Made by a program: the position numbers and the translations under genes. Under the pieces are notes generated by a model. The model made no database searches and had not been told where the DNA came from. It was given only the letters and a program-made list of their open reading frames with translations. From the IMG/VR virus record IMGVR_UViG_3300046777_002497, positions 10,079 through 74,078 of that record: a stretch of DNA of 64,000 nucleotides; one strand, given 5' to 3'. The DNA is from a virus. This document shows, piece after piece, positions 1-8,661 of the stretch (its first letter is position 1; every line of letters begins with the position of its first letter).

Positions 1-98
1 GCAGGAATAATTTCTAGCACATTAAACGCTCCAGCATTTGCGCTTAAGATCTGCTCCTCCTCTTCATCCTTCCAGCCGATAGCGCTAATTCCAAGCAT
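1..98 (-). CDS. Sugar phosphate isomerase/epimerase (xylose-isomerase TIM barrel-like), 5' part only
   Basis: Manual translation from ATG 98: MLGISAIGWKDEEEEQILSANAGAFNVLEIIP, resembling the 'ISNIAW...LEIAP' N-terminus of this family; overlaps the stop of the epimerase; runs off the window. Confidence 0.5.
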   Translation of the reverse strand, partial: MLGISAIGWKDEEEEQILSANAGAFNVLEIIP

Positions 99-807
99 TG
101 ATAAAAGCCTCCATCTTCTTCATTATCTTCGCCTTGTCATATTTATATGGAGGAATGTTGTATTCAATGCGTGGTCCACTGCCTACTTTCGCGTCAGGGA
201 AGAAGCGTTCAACGATTTCTGCTGTTTCAATGGGAGCTGTGTAAAATTCGTTCGTAGTGCCACTAATTGCTTTCTTCGTGTCCTTCCATAGATCATCTAA
301 ACAATACCATTGATAGGCAGAGTTTGCATTGATCTTCTCCACATTATTGTTTGTCAATAGATCAAACAGAATATTCTTCTTAATAAGGCGATGAAACAAT
401 GCAGGAAGGCGAATGATTGTCACCACTGAATCACGGAATACCGCCTTCACGAGCATTTCAAAGATGTAGCGATTGGTGCCGTAGTCAATAGCAAAAATTT
501 CAGGCGTGCCGTCTGCATAATACGCTGTTTGCCCATGCACGTCAATCGTTGAATAAACAATGACTTCCGCTGGGCTTGGAAGATGTCGGATGTTTTGAAT
601 GATGTTATTCATATTGTCAAAGTCGTCCAGTGGCGCAGCGTTTGCTTTCCATTTCTCCGCTGGCATGCAAGCCAAGTACAGCCTTTCAATGGGCTCCTTA
701 AGCAGTGGAGCCTCGTGAATGTTTTTGGAATGGAAGCAGGCGCCAAACTCATGCGCCTCACGAAGCACTTGTCCAATGAGACCCGTGCTGCCAACTAAAA
801 CGTCCAT
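85..807 (-). CDS. NAD(P)-dependent epimerase/dehydratase-like (extended SDR)
   Basis: N-terminal GSTGLIG Rossmann motif, STIDV, YG..R, IIRLPALF. Confidence 0.7.
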   Translation of the reverse strand: MDVLVGSTGLIGQVLREAHEFGACFHSKNIHEAPLLKEPIERLYLACMPAEKWKANAAPLDDFDNMNNIIQNIRHLPSPAEVIVYSTIDVHGQTAYYADGTPEIFAIDYGTNRYIFEMLVKAVFRDSVVTIIRLPALFHRLIKKNILFDLLTNNNVEKINANSAYQWYCLDDLWKDTKKAISGTTNEFYTAPIETAEIVERFFPDAKVGSGPRIEYNIPPYKYDKAKIMKKMEAFINAWN

Positions 808-808
808 T

Positions 809-1489
809 TCAAACTGCCACAGTCGGCGCTTGCTGTCGGGAGTATTTTACGGTGCATCGGCAGTTAGCACGGCATGCGCAGCGTTGTCCAGGAAGAGGCA
901 AGCTTCCAATGGGGACCATGCCACGAGCCGCATAGTCAAGGCAATCTTGGCAATGCTTCGCCTGGGAATCAAGGATGCGTCTCATTAGAGAGTAGCCTTG
1001 CTTTTCTTGACGAATACTGGCGCCTTCCCAAAAACTACCTCGTACGCTCTGAGCATACAGCCCGATACGAGCAAGAGCCATGGCACTAGAAACGCGGCCA
1101 TCCAAAAGATCGCGAGCAAAGCCCTGTAAGTAAGCATATTCCACACGGAGACGCTGCCCGATGCGCCCCCAGTCGCTTGCCCGCATGGTTTCTCTGCCAC
1201 CATTGCCGATGATTGCTGCCTGTACGTGGACAAGCTTAAGCGCTTCCCTCACGCTTCCTTGCCATTGGTCCAGCGTAATATCACCAGCGCTAAGCATACG
1301 TGTAAAACGCCGTAGCTCAGCGCCAAGCTTATTAATTCGACCATCCACCAGTGCTTCCACTGCGCGAACGCTGAGAAAGCGTCCATTAGCGCCGCGATAC
1401 CGACCACTGATAGGGTCGTAACGCCAGGATGATTCATCAAAACGAACAATGGCTTCAGAAAATTGAGAGAGATCATTGAGGCTGGACAT
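809..1489 (-). CDS. Head morphogenesis protein (Mu gpF/SPP1 gp7-like)
   Basis: C-terminal HCQDC...PG..CAC..NCRC motif; directly downstream of portal. Confidence 0.65.
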   Translation of the reverse strand: MSSLNDLSQFSEAIVRFDESSWRYDPISGRYRGANGRFLSVRAVEALVDGRINKLGAELRRFTRMLSAGDITLDQWQGSVREALKLVHVQAAIIGNGGRETMRASDWGRIGQRLRVEYAYLQGFARDLLDGRVSSAMALARIGLYAQSVRGSFWEGASIRQEKQGYSLMRRILDSQAKHCQDCLDYAARGMVPIGSLPLPGQRCACRANCRCTVKYSRQQAPTVAV

Positions 1490-3581
1490 CCTCTGCCTCC
1501 AGAATGTCCTTGAAGCGCTCAGGCGCTTCTTCTTTCCATTGATTCAATGCAGCGGAAATGTCTTCTTCATCAATGAGAGAAGCCTCATCAATATCAGCAA
1601 GAATAAGACCGCTGGTTTTCAATGATTCAATTGCGTCTGTTTTGCTGCTGACCATTTTTGCTGGTCCTTTCCGCTCGGGATCGGGATCTGCTGCACGCTT
1701 ACGACGCACAATGGTTTGACGCTCTTCTTTGCTCATGGCTTGAGCTTTTGCCTGAGGAAGACACTTGGGTTTGCCTTCTTTTTCTTCACGAGCGCCACAA
1801 GGCCCAAGAATTTCGCCGTTAGCGCCAATCCTCACCCATTTTTCCTTGAACCATTTATCAAGATCATCGGCGTGCAACTCACCTTCATCGCTCTTAAAAG
1901 CTCCGCTCAATGAACCATGCTTTTTCTTATACATTTGCTTGTACTGTTGCACGACATAGCCACTTGCATAAGCAGATGGCCATACTTTGAACTTAGCCTT
2001 TGCAGCGCTCACTGCACGAGAATGAAGCTCCTTGTCAGTGAACGTTACGTCGCCACGAATTTTCTCTAAGTCACGCGGAAGATATAAACCAGCGCTGTCT
2101 TCCCGGCTGTCTTCCACTTCCCTGCTTCCATCCATGGGAAGCGTGCCATTCTCTTCGTCCAAAGGATCGCGACCACCTGGCGGCACTGCTAGCTTTCCAC
2201 CCCCAGATTGAGTGGAACCACCCCCGCCTTGAGTGGAACCTGCGGTTTGGGGCAGCTCACGAACGACAGACGGATCGAGCATAAGCTCCATGCTCCACTC
2301 AGAACCGCCGTAACGGGCATCTGCCACTTCCTTAGGACTCAGTACACCCAACTGAATGTAACGGCCATCTACAGCCGCCACACGAGCCCGCACGTCAGCC
2401 ATTTCGCGCTCATTAAGCTCAAACAATGGATTAAAGGAGATGCGCCATGAGTCGGGTATTTCTCCCTTGGTCGGCCCCTCCTTGCTCAGCATGATGTATT
2501 CCATCAGCTTCTTCATCGGACGCTTGAAATGGACGCTCTGATAATCAGAAAGCATCTTTGCAAAATCACGCTCTTCACTGCGCCCCGTAGAGCCAAGTCC
2601 GCTCGGGCTTTCACCAAATAACACTGTATGGGGAATTTTGCTAGCGCCAATAATATCTACGCGCAGCTTTTCAAGTATTTCTCCAATACCTCCGAAATTA
2701 CGACTAATAAATTCCAGCTCTTCCTTTTCAGCATCAATCGCATAGCCGCGATAAATGCTCTTGCTCATATCATTCACTTGCAAACGATCACGAATGGAGC
2801 TTTCTTTGCCAGCAGCAAGCATTGCCGCCAAGCCCCTCACTTTATGAACAAAAATATCAAATTCAGTGAGGAGAGTGGCAGCAGAATTAAGGCCAGTCCA
2901 ATAATGACGGAAGCTGTCATAAACAGTTTGCAAACTGCTCATACCCCATCCATAGTTGCGCTGCCTCACGCGATAAGGCAACCAATCACCATCAAACCGC
3001 AAAATCCTATCTTTGTGAATATAGGAAAGCGTGGGCTCGTTAATCAAATCTCCAGAGATGATCTGATAATAAGTGGCTTTTGAATAGTCGTAGAGGTTTT
3101 CTTCGTTGATAACTGGGGCGATTTGCCAACGATCAAGGCATTCAATTTCTTCGATACGACGTATGTTGCGTTTATCGACAGGCATGTAAGCGGGACGCCC
3201 ATCGTCAATAAAAAGAAGTAGACAAGCACCCCCGTAAAGGCGGGAGTTCTTGGCTGCAAGGTTGAGGTGTTCGAGGATGTAGAGGTCTTCAATCGTTTGC
3301 TCAATGCCTTGTACTTCCTCGGCTCTTACGCCATCACCACCAAACAACACTTTAAAGCCCTTTCGCGTGGCCTGGTCTGCGTAGATATCAACAATGCGGC
3401 GGGGAAGCCATTCGCCATAGAGATTTTCCAGTTCTTCCTGAGCAAGGAAGACAGTGGCAGTGGTTTTAGTGTATTGCGCCTTGTCCCGACCAGTGCCCAT
3501 GCCAATCAGCACGTTTTGAAGGCCGTCCGCGCGAATGCCACCAGCAGTGGCATGCCCTAAATCAATTGCTTCGCCTTCCAT
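1473..3581 (-). CDS. Portal protein (DUF1073-type) with basic C-terminal extension
   Basis: RLYGG, IHKDRIL, WGMSSL, IPHTVLFGESPSGL, WRISFNPL motifs of DUF1073 portals; next to gpF-like gene and TerL. Confidence 0.85.
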   Translation of the reverse strand: MEGEAIDLGHATAGGIRADGLQNVLIGMGTGRDKAQYTKTTATVFLAQEELENLYGEWLPRRIVDIYADQATRKGFKVLFGGDGVRAEEVQGIEQTIEDLYILEHLNLAAKNSRLYGGACLLLFIDDGRPAYMPVDKRNIRRIEEIECLDRWQIAPVINEENLYDYSKATYYQIISGDLINEPTLSYIHKDRILRFDGDWLPYRVRQRNYGWGMSSLQTVYDSFRHYWTGLNSAATLLTEFDIFVHKVRGLAAMLAAGKESSIRDRLQVNDMSKSIYRGYAIDAEKEELEFISRNFGGIGEILEKLRVDIIGASKIPHTVLFGESPSGLGSTGRSEERDFAKMLSDYQSVHFKRPMKKLMEYIMLSKEGPTKGEIPDSWRISFNPLFELNEREMADVRARVAAVDGRYIQLGVLSPKEVADARYGGSEWSMELMLDPSVVRELPQTAGSTQGGGGSTQSGGGKLAVPPGGRDPLDEENGTLPMDGSREVEDSREDSAGLYLPRDLEKIRGDVTFTDKELHSRAVSAAKAKFKVWPSAYASGYVVQQYKQMYKKKHGSLSGAFKSDEGELHADDLDKWFKEKWVRIGANGEILGPCGAREEKEGKPKCLPQAKAQAMSKEERQTIVRRKRAADPDPERKGPAKMVSSKTDAIESLKTSGLILADIDEASLIDEEDISAALNQWKEEAPERFKDILEAEDVQPQ

Positions 3582-3655
3582 AACGAATGTTAATGGCTAT
3601 GTTGTATTGCTTTCAGTCTAATTCCTGGATACATTGGTCGTAGAAGCTGGCCATT

Positions 3656-4192
3656 ATGGACTGGTTAATGCCTCTCACTTTTGCTTTCACTCCCGACCAG
3701 CGACAACATGCTCGCGCCGAAGGTTTTCGTAGGCAGTCTCTCAATGAACAGCAAGGGAAAAAAGGCCGAAACAATGGGGCGGAGAAGGGCGAATTAGCAC
3801 TGCGTCATCATTTGCTCGGCGCCGCAGGAGAAATGGCAGTGGCAGTAATGCTTGGAATGGAAGACCAGCTTTATCAAGAAACAGAAGCACAGCGCGGCTC
3901 TTTTGATCTTCCTCCCAATATTGACATCAAAACTCGTTCCAAGCATTACTACGATTTGATAGTGCAGTTTGACGAAAGCCCGGATAAGATATTGGTGCTT
4001 GTCACAATTGAAAATCGCATCACTCTCATCCATGGCTGGATAAAAGCTGCCGATGCGATGAGGGAACAATGGAAGAAAGATCCGGCGGGTGGGCGCCCCG
4101 CTTATTTCGTTCCTAAAACTGAACTGCAGTCGTTATCGACTTTGAAACAATGCTCAAATGCTCAGACTTTGCGAAACACGCTCTTGGCTTAG
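3656..4192 (+). CDS. Hypothetical protein, possible PD-(D/E)xK nuclease fold
   Basis: GAAGEMAVA helix followed by D...IDIKT; overlaps the TerL start. Confidence 0.5.
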   Translation: MDWLMPLTFAFTPDQRQHARAEGFRRQSLNEQQGKKGRNNGAEKGELALRHHLLGAAGEMAVAVMLGMEDQLYQETEAQRGSFDLPPNIDIKTRSKHYYDLIVQFDESPDKILVLVTIENRITLIHGWIKAADAMREQWKKDPAGGRPAYFVPKTELQSLSTLKQCSNAQTLRNTLLA

Positions 4193-5517
4193 AACTCTAT
4201 CCAGCTCAGGCTCGTATTCTGGATGATTTCTTTCAGCCAGGAAAATCGCATGCAGTGTGGGCATTGGGACGAAGAAGTGGCAAAACATTAATGGCCGCCG
4301 TGGCATGTATTTATATGTGCTTCGTCCTTGAAGAAGAATATCGACGCAAGGTGCGAAAAGGGGAGCGATGGTATGTGGTGACAGTGGCAAACAGTCAGGA
4401 TCAGGCCCGCATCGCCCTCAACAACATCCGCCAACTAATCATCGAGAGCCCCTTCGCTCAAGAAATTGTTCGTGAAACTGCCGACATCATTGAGCTAAGT
4501 AATAATTGCGTATTTAAGGCCATTCCTACATCCGGCCGTGCTGCTCGTGGTCTTGCTTGCGCCGGAGCAGTGTTTGACGAGCTTGCATTTGCCACTGAAG
4601 GCGATGCAAACAGTGGAGGTCGTGGCATCTACGACGCACTCTCTCCTGCCATTGCTCAGTTCGGAGGGAAAGGACGCATCCTTGAACTCTCTTCTCCATG
4701 GCTCACTGACGGCATCTTCTATCAGCATTTCAAAGAAGCATCATCAGGACGTTTTCCTTTTATGCAAGCGATTAATCTCCCGACGTGGGAGATGAATCCA
4801 AGTATTTCGCAAGAGTTTCTTGACACAGAGAGACAACGCGACCCCGAGAAATTTAAAGTTGAATATGGAGCCCAATTCGCCAGTAATCTTTCCGCGCTGG
4901 TGAATAGTGATGTAATTGATGCCTGTATTGATGATCGCCGTGCAGCATTACCACCACGTCCTGAATTCCAAGGAGCTTATGTCCTTGCCCTTGACCCCGC
5001 CCGTGGTGGCGTTGGCCGTGACGACTACACTGCTTGCATTGTTCACTACGAAAACGGCACTCTCGTCGTGGATAAGTTCCATTCGTTCGTAGCTGATTTT
5101 GAAATCAATGGAAGGATGGAGGTCAATATCAATGCAGTGGAAGATTGGATTAAGGAACAACATCGCCTATATGTTTTTGACACCATTGTGATGGACCAGT
5201 TCAACAGTGCTGGCACCATCCAAAGTTTGGCCAGTGATTTGCCCATCACGGAACTAACTTGGACAGTTAGTTCAAAAATGAAAGCTTTCAGCAAAATGCG
5301 AGAGCTGTTCAATGCAGGGCAAATTAATGTCTATCGCCATGAGAAAGCAATTATGCAGCTCAAGAATCTAACTGTGGTGTATAAACCGAGCGGACAATGG
5401 AGCGTGACTGGTGGTAAAGCCACTGGCATTGACGACTTGGCATTTGCAATGGCTGGCGCCATTCTTGCCGCGAGTAAAGATGATGATATTGGCTGGATCG
5501 AAAGCCTAATCTCCTAG
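4150..5517 (+). CDS. terL: Terminase large subunit
   Basis: Walker A GRRSGKT, Walker B VFDE, coupling LSSP, EYGAQF, nuclease LDPA...D...DDLAFA. Confidence 0.92.
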   Translation: MLKCSDFAKHALGLELYPAQARILDDFFQPGKSHAVWALGRRSGKTLMAAVACIYMCFVLEEEYRRKVRKGERWYVVTVANSQDQARIALNNIRQLIIESPFAQEIVRETADIIELSNNCVFKAIPTSGRAARGLACAGAVFDELAFATEGDANSGGRGIYDALSPAIAQFGGKGRILELSSPWLTDGIFYQHFKEASSGRFPFMQAINLPTWEMNPSISQEFLDTERQRDPEKFKVEYGAQFASNLSALVNSDVIDACIDDRRAALPPRPEFQGAYVLALDPARGGVGRDDYTACIVHYENGTLVVDKFHSFVADFEINGRMEVNINAVEDWIKEQHRLYVFDTIVMDQFNSAGTIQSLASDLPITELTWTVSSKMKAFSKMRELFNAGQINVYRHEKAIMQLKNLTVVYKPSGQWSVTGGKATGIDDLAFAMAGAILAASKDDDIGWIESLIS

Positions 5518-5548
5518 TATGATTTTCAAACAATAGTTCCGTCATGAA

Positions 5549-5812
5549 GTGACTTATTGCAAATTAACCATACAGGAAACAAAATTTCTTGTTGCGCTAT
5601 TAGAAAATGCTCCTGTTAGTAGGCAAACCTCGCTGCAGCTTCTTGCTGCAGAACATCTATATATTCCTACATTGCTTCCTAAATTAAAAGCCCATGCCAA
5701 GCGCCTAAAGGAGGAAGAGCAGTTGGAGCGCTCTTGGGAAGCGGATGCCACTGACGATGACTACATGCCAGACCATGACGGTAGTGAAAGCTTAAGAGAA
5801 TATGACGCTTGA
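5549..5812 (+). CDS. Hypothetical protein
   Basis: 87-aa ORF with acidic C-terminus downstream of TerL. Confidence 0.55.
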   Translation: MTYCKLTIQETKFLVALLENAPVSRQTSLQLLAAEHLYIPTLLPKLKAHAKRLKEEEQLERSWEADATDDDYMPDHDGSESLREYDA

Positions 5813-5989
5813 CCATCGTCGTGTTATGATTTCAAAGCTTTCGCGAAGCACGCTGGCCAGCGTTTTAAAAGAACAGTATCGGGGGATGCTGTTCGTTGCC
5901 ACAATGGATCGAAGGCCATGGGCCGACCCATGGTTAAAAGCTGTAGAACGGCGGATTGAAGCCCCGCCTTCAGCACCTTCGCTCCTCAT

Positions 5990-6071
5990 GCCTCCATGGT
6001 GAAACTGGTAAACACAGCGGATTTAAGCTCCGCTGCCGAAAGGCTTGCAGGTTCAAGTCCTGCTGGGGGCA
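5990..6071 (+). tRNA. tRNA-Leu(TAA)
   Basis: Acceptor GCCTCCA/TGGGGGC, D-loop with GG, anticodon arm GCGGA-TTTAAGC-TCCGC, long variable arm, GCAGG-TTCAAGT-CCTGC; no encoded CCA. Confidence 0.92.
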
Positions 6072-6090
6072 TCGTGCTAAGCTAAAGGAA

Positions 6091-6146
6091 CGTTCACCCC
6101 AGCGATGGGGCGCATGAACAGCATGGTACGGAACGGGACTGTGCAT
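6091..6146 (+). promoter_or_regulatory. Glutamine-II (Downstream-peptide) riboswitch
   Basis: CGTTCA-CCCC..GGGG-CGCA...GGAACGGG pattern with ACAG/CTGT pseudoknot potential; lies before a YRG peptide; TGcTAAGCT extended -10 at 6075-6083. Confidence 0.75.
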
Positions 6147-6160
6147 CATCGGGAACCATC

Positions 6161-6280
6161 ATGAACCCTCTTGCTCTGATCAAGCAGCAGCTTGAAAAAG
6201 CTGCTCGTCTGCGTGAAGCTCAAATGGCTTCGCTTGTCTATCGTGGCGTTGCTTATGTGCCCAAGCCTCATTGGTTTTGA
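6161..6280 (+). CDS. DUF4278-like YRG peptide (39 aa)
   Basis: Manual translation MNPLALIKQQLEKAARLREAQMASLVYRGVAYVPKPHWF. Confidence 0.8.
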   Translation: MNPLALIKQQLEKAARLREAQMASLVYRGVAYVPKPHWF

Positions 6281-6370
6281 GCAGCCGTTGTGGTAGCATT
6301 CTAAAGCCGACACGCCTTTTAGCATATCACGGCATTTGCTTGCTGTTCACATTAGTAAGGCGTTAACGCA

Positions 6371-6400
6371 AGAAAAGGGGCCGTCAGGCCCCTTTCTTTA
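6371..6400. terminator. Bidirectional intrinsic terminator
   Basis: AGAAAAGGGGCC-GTCA-GGCCCCTTTCTTT between convergent genes. Confidence 0.8.
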
Positions 6401-6590
6401 TTGCCCGCACTGTGCATTCACTGTCATTCCAGTGGCGCACGGCATTGGCAACAATCGCAATATTTGTAATCAAATACGAAGCAAAAATAAACGTGCGGAC
6501 AATTGCCACTGTATCTGCTTCCTTGTCGCAATTACTCTCTTTGCTCCCTAGAGCCTTTGCCCATACCCTCCATAGCTTCTTCCTGCGCAT
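6384..6590 (-). CDS. Small cyanophage-type membrane protein
   Basis: WAKALGSK...DTVAIVRT plus a hydrophobic helix. Confidence 0.6.
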   Translation of the reverse strand: MRRKKLWRVWAKALGSKESNCDKEADTVAIVRTFIFASYLITNIAIVANAVRHWNDSECTVRAIKKGA

Positions 6591-6795
6591 AAATCCAAAC
6601 CTTTAGTTCTGTTACGTATTGTCTAATGATGGCAGCTTTTTCAAGATGCCAATGGTCCATGGTTAGGAAAAATTGAGCATTGTGCCAATCAATGGCTCTT
6701 AATGATTGGTAAATAATTGGATTGAGCGGTTCACGCAGAGGCGTATTGAACGTGCGACGCTCGCTCACGACGGAAAAAGTCTTTGATGTATTCAA
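6532..6795 (-). CDS. Hypothetical protein
   Basis: 87-aa ORF in an overlapping operon; start uncertain. Confidence 0.45.
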   Translation of the reverse strand: MNTSKTFSVVSERRTFNTPLREPLNPIIYQSLRAIDWHNAQFFLTMDHWHLEKAAIIRQYVTELKVWIYAQEEAMEGMGKGSREQRE

Positions 6796-7303
6796 ACTCT
6801 ATCGGAGCGAAGTCGTTCCTTTCTAGACAGCAGTTGAAATAACGCTTGTCAATCTGTCCATTGTCATTCAGAATACGATGACAATGCAAATGACCATGTA
6901 CATTGCCTGTGTAATGTCCAGAAAGACACGATGGATGCACAGGGATATGCGTAAAGATTAAGCCACCAGGAAATGTGCTATCGCATGGATGGAAGAATGC
7001 CCCCCGTACGTCTTCAAAATATGGCAAATAGTCTTTCAACGCGCCTTGGTCATGATTACCACGAATGAGAATTTTCCTTCCATTGAGGCGAGAAAGAAGC
7101 TTTAGCGATGCACGAGGAATAACCACATCACCAAGATGGTAAATAGTATCACGCTTGCCCACTTTTGCGTTCCATCGCTCAACAATCGTTTCGTCCATCT
7201 CTTCGCACGATGCAAATGGACGCAATAGTTCGCCATCGGGCCTCAAGAAATCAATCATCTTCGCGTGACCAAAGTGAGTGTCGCTCGTGACGAAAGCACT
7301 CAT
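6731..7303 (-). CDS. Calcineurin-like metallophosphoesterase
   Basis: SDTHFGH, HLGD, GNHD, THIP, HGHLH motifs. Confidence 0.9.
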   Translation of the reverse strand: MSAFVTSDTHFGHAKMIDFLRPDGELLRPFASCEEMDETIVERWNAKVGKRDTIYHLGDVVIPRASLKLLSRLNGRKILIRGNHDQGALKDYLPYFEDVRGAFFHPCDSTFPGGLIFTHIPVHPSCLSGHYTGNVHGHLHCHRILNDNGQIDKRYFNCCLERNDFAPIEFEYIKDFFRRERASHVQYASA

Positions 7304-7506
7304 TATTTATATTCACCTACCACGCAAGTTTTCACAAATGGCCGCTCAAGACTTTCAATTAATTTGATTGTCCATTCTTCGGCTTCATTTAAATCGTTAA
7401 ACACATTGCGAAAAGTCCACCACCAAAACTCTTTTTCCTGCACTTCATACGTGGGCCTCCGTGGATCTAATATTGAAGGCTTTTGAACGATGCGAAACCG
7501 TGCCAT
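7303..7506 (-). CDS. Hypothetical protein
   Basis: 67-aa ORF coupled to the phosphoesterase. Confidence 0.55.
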   Translation of the reverse strand: MARFRIVQKPSILDPRRPTYEVQEKEFWWWTFRNVFNDLNEAEEWTIKLIESLERPFVKTCVVGEYK

Positions 7507-7534
7507 GGTTCAATGGAGAAGAAGGCTCATCATA

Positions 7535-7606
7535 GGACAGCTCCAGGAATCGAACCTGGCATTCTGGGCTCCAATAGCCCAACGTGTACCACAACACTTA
7601 ACCGTC
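7535..7606 (-). tRNA. Atypical/degenerate tRNA (loop TATTGGA, nominal anticodon TTG)
   Basis: Acceptor GACGGTT/AGCTGTC, D stem GTGT/ACAC, TGGGC/GCCCA stem, T arm CCAGG-TTCGATT-CCTGG; A8, A33 and C73 are non-canonical. Confidence 0.6.
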
Positions 7607-7847
7607 AGCAGCCCCTGGTTTGAGCATCGTTGAGAGGCTTAGGGGCGAGGATCCGTCAAGCTTGCCAAATGGGTCGAGGGCTCACCAGTGGATCAACCTG
7701 GCGGGAGCGTCCTCCCGACCTGCAAGCGCAGGATTTTACGCAAGCCAGAAAAGGCACTCCACGACCAACGGTGGACCTCAGAACTGGCTGCACACTGCCG
7801 ACAGAGCAGCAGTGGTGGTGATGCCCGATGCAAAGCAGAGCGGGAAC
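7607..7847 (-). ncRNA. Candidate structured ncRNA (manA/abiF-like cyanophage motif)
   Basis: Non-coding with several hairpins, including CTCCCGCCAGG..TGGTGAGCC and CCCCT-AAGCCTCTCAACGATGCTCAAACC-AGGGG; TGaTATAGT -10 at 7862-7854; family recalled, not verified. Confidence 0.45.
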
Positions 7848-7859
7848 CAACTAACTATA

Positions 7860-8597
7860 TCATGCCCGCCCGTACTGGGGCAGGTCATTGTTAGCAGCCT
7901 CGAAGAAAGAAGGCATGCGGCTGCGAGCTGTATCATTCAGCTCTTCGGCTTTTCCCTTCTCGAACAAGCTATCACTCTGCCGTAGCCAGAAATCCTTGTT
8001 CAGCCACTTGTCATTACTTGCTTGCAGCGCATCAAAAGCCCACAATGCAGTGGCCCGACGCAGTTTGTTCAAGCTCTGCCCAGCGGTTTCGCCCAGCTCC
8101 CGAGCAACAAGGCTATGCACGCCAACATGCGTGATTTCATCCCGGCTAATATCAGCCGCCACAGTACGAATGCCAATATCACCATTGAAACGGAAAAATG
8201 GCAATGCAACAAAGAAAATACTCCGCTCCAAAATGGCAGCTTTCAAAATGGGATGGGCAGGATGCTCTTGCCATGCCTTAAGGATGTTCGCCACTTCCTT
8301 CTCGGCCTTCTCATTGGTGCCATGGGCAGCCGTCACATAGTTCAATGCCTCGTCGTGGCGCTGTTCATCGTCCTGGTTATGACGCAGGGCTTCGACCACG
8401 CCAGGAGTGGCAGGAAGGTCGCGCTCTAGTCCCTGCTGTAGAAAGTCCTTCACCGGCAGTTCCAGATGACGCAGAGCCAGCAGATTGTAAATCGTGTCCT
8501 CGCCACCTTCCTTAAGCTTTCCCTTGCTAACAGGCACGGCCTGCCAGGGGCGCTTCTTAGAAATCATGGACAGATAGGGGCTCTTGACAGCGTTCAT
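7860..8597 (-). CDS. nrdB: Ribonucleotide reductase beta subunit (cyanophage ferritin-like)
   Basis: Two ExxH motifs (DEQRH, DEITH) plus LELPV and LERSIFF; adjacent to the alpha subunit; start at MNAVK. Confidence 0.8.
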   Translation of the reverse strand: MNAVKSPYLSMISKKRPWQAVPVSKGKLKEGGEDTIYNLLALRHLELPVKDFLQQGLERDLPATPGVVEALRHNQDDEQRHDEALNYVTAAHGTNEKAEKEVANILKAWQEHPAHPILKAAILERSIFFVALPFFRFNGDIGIRTVAADISRDEITHVGVHSLVARELGETAGQSLNKLRRATALWAFDALQASNDKWLNKDFWLRQSDSLFEKGKAEELNDTARSRMPSFFEAANNDLPQYGRA

Positions 8598-8632
8598 GGT
8601 CGTAGTATCATTCAATGGTGTGTGAGGAAAGC

Positions 8633-8660
8633 GAAGGGGGCGCAAGCCCCCTTTTTCTTT
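8633..8660. terminator. Hairpin/terminator between nrdA and nrdB
   Basis: GAAGGGGG-CGCAAG-CCCCC-TTTTTC. Confidence 0.5.
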
Positions 8661-8661
8661 A

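Noticed and set aside
5881-5980. tmRNA or second canonical tRNA
   Set aside because: Lacks the TTCRA T-loop, an anticodon loop and a tag reading frame
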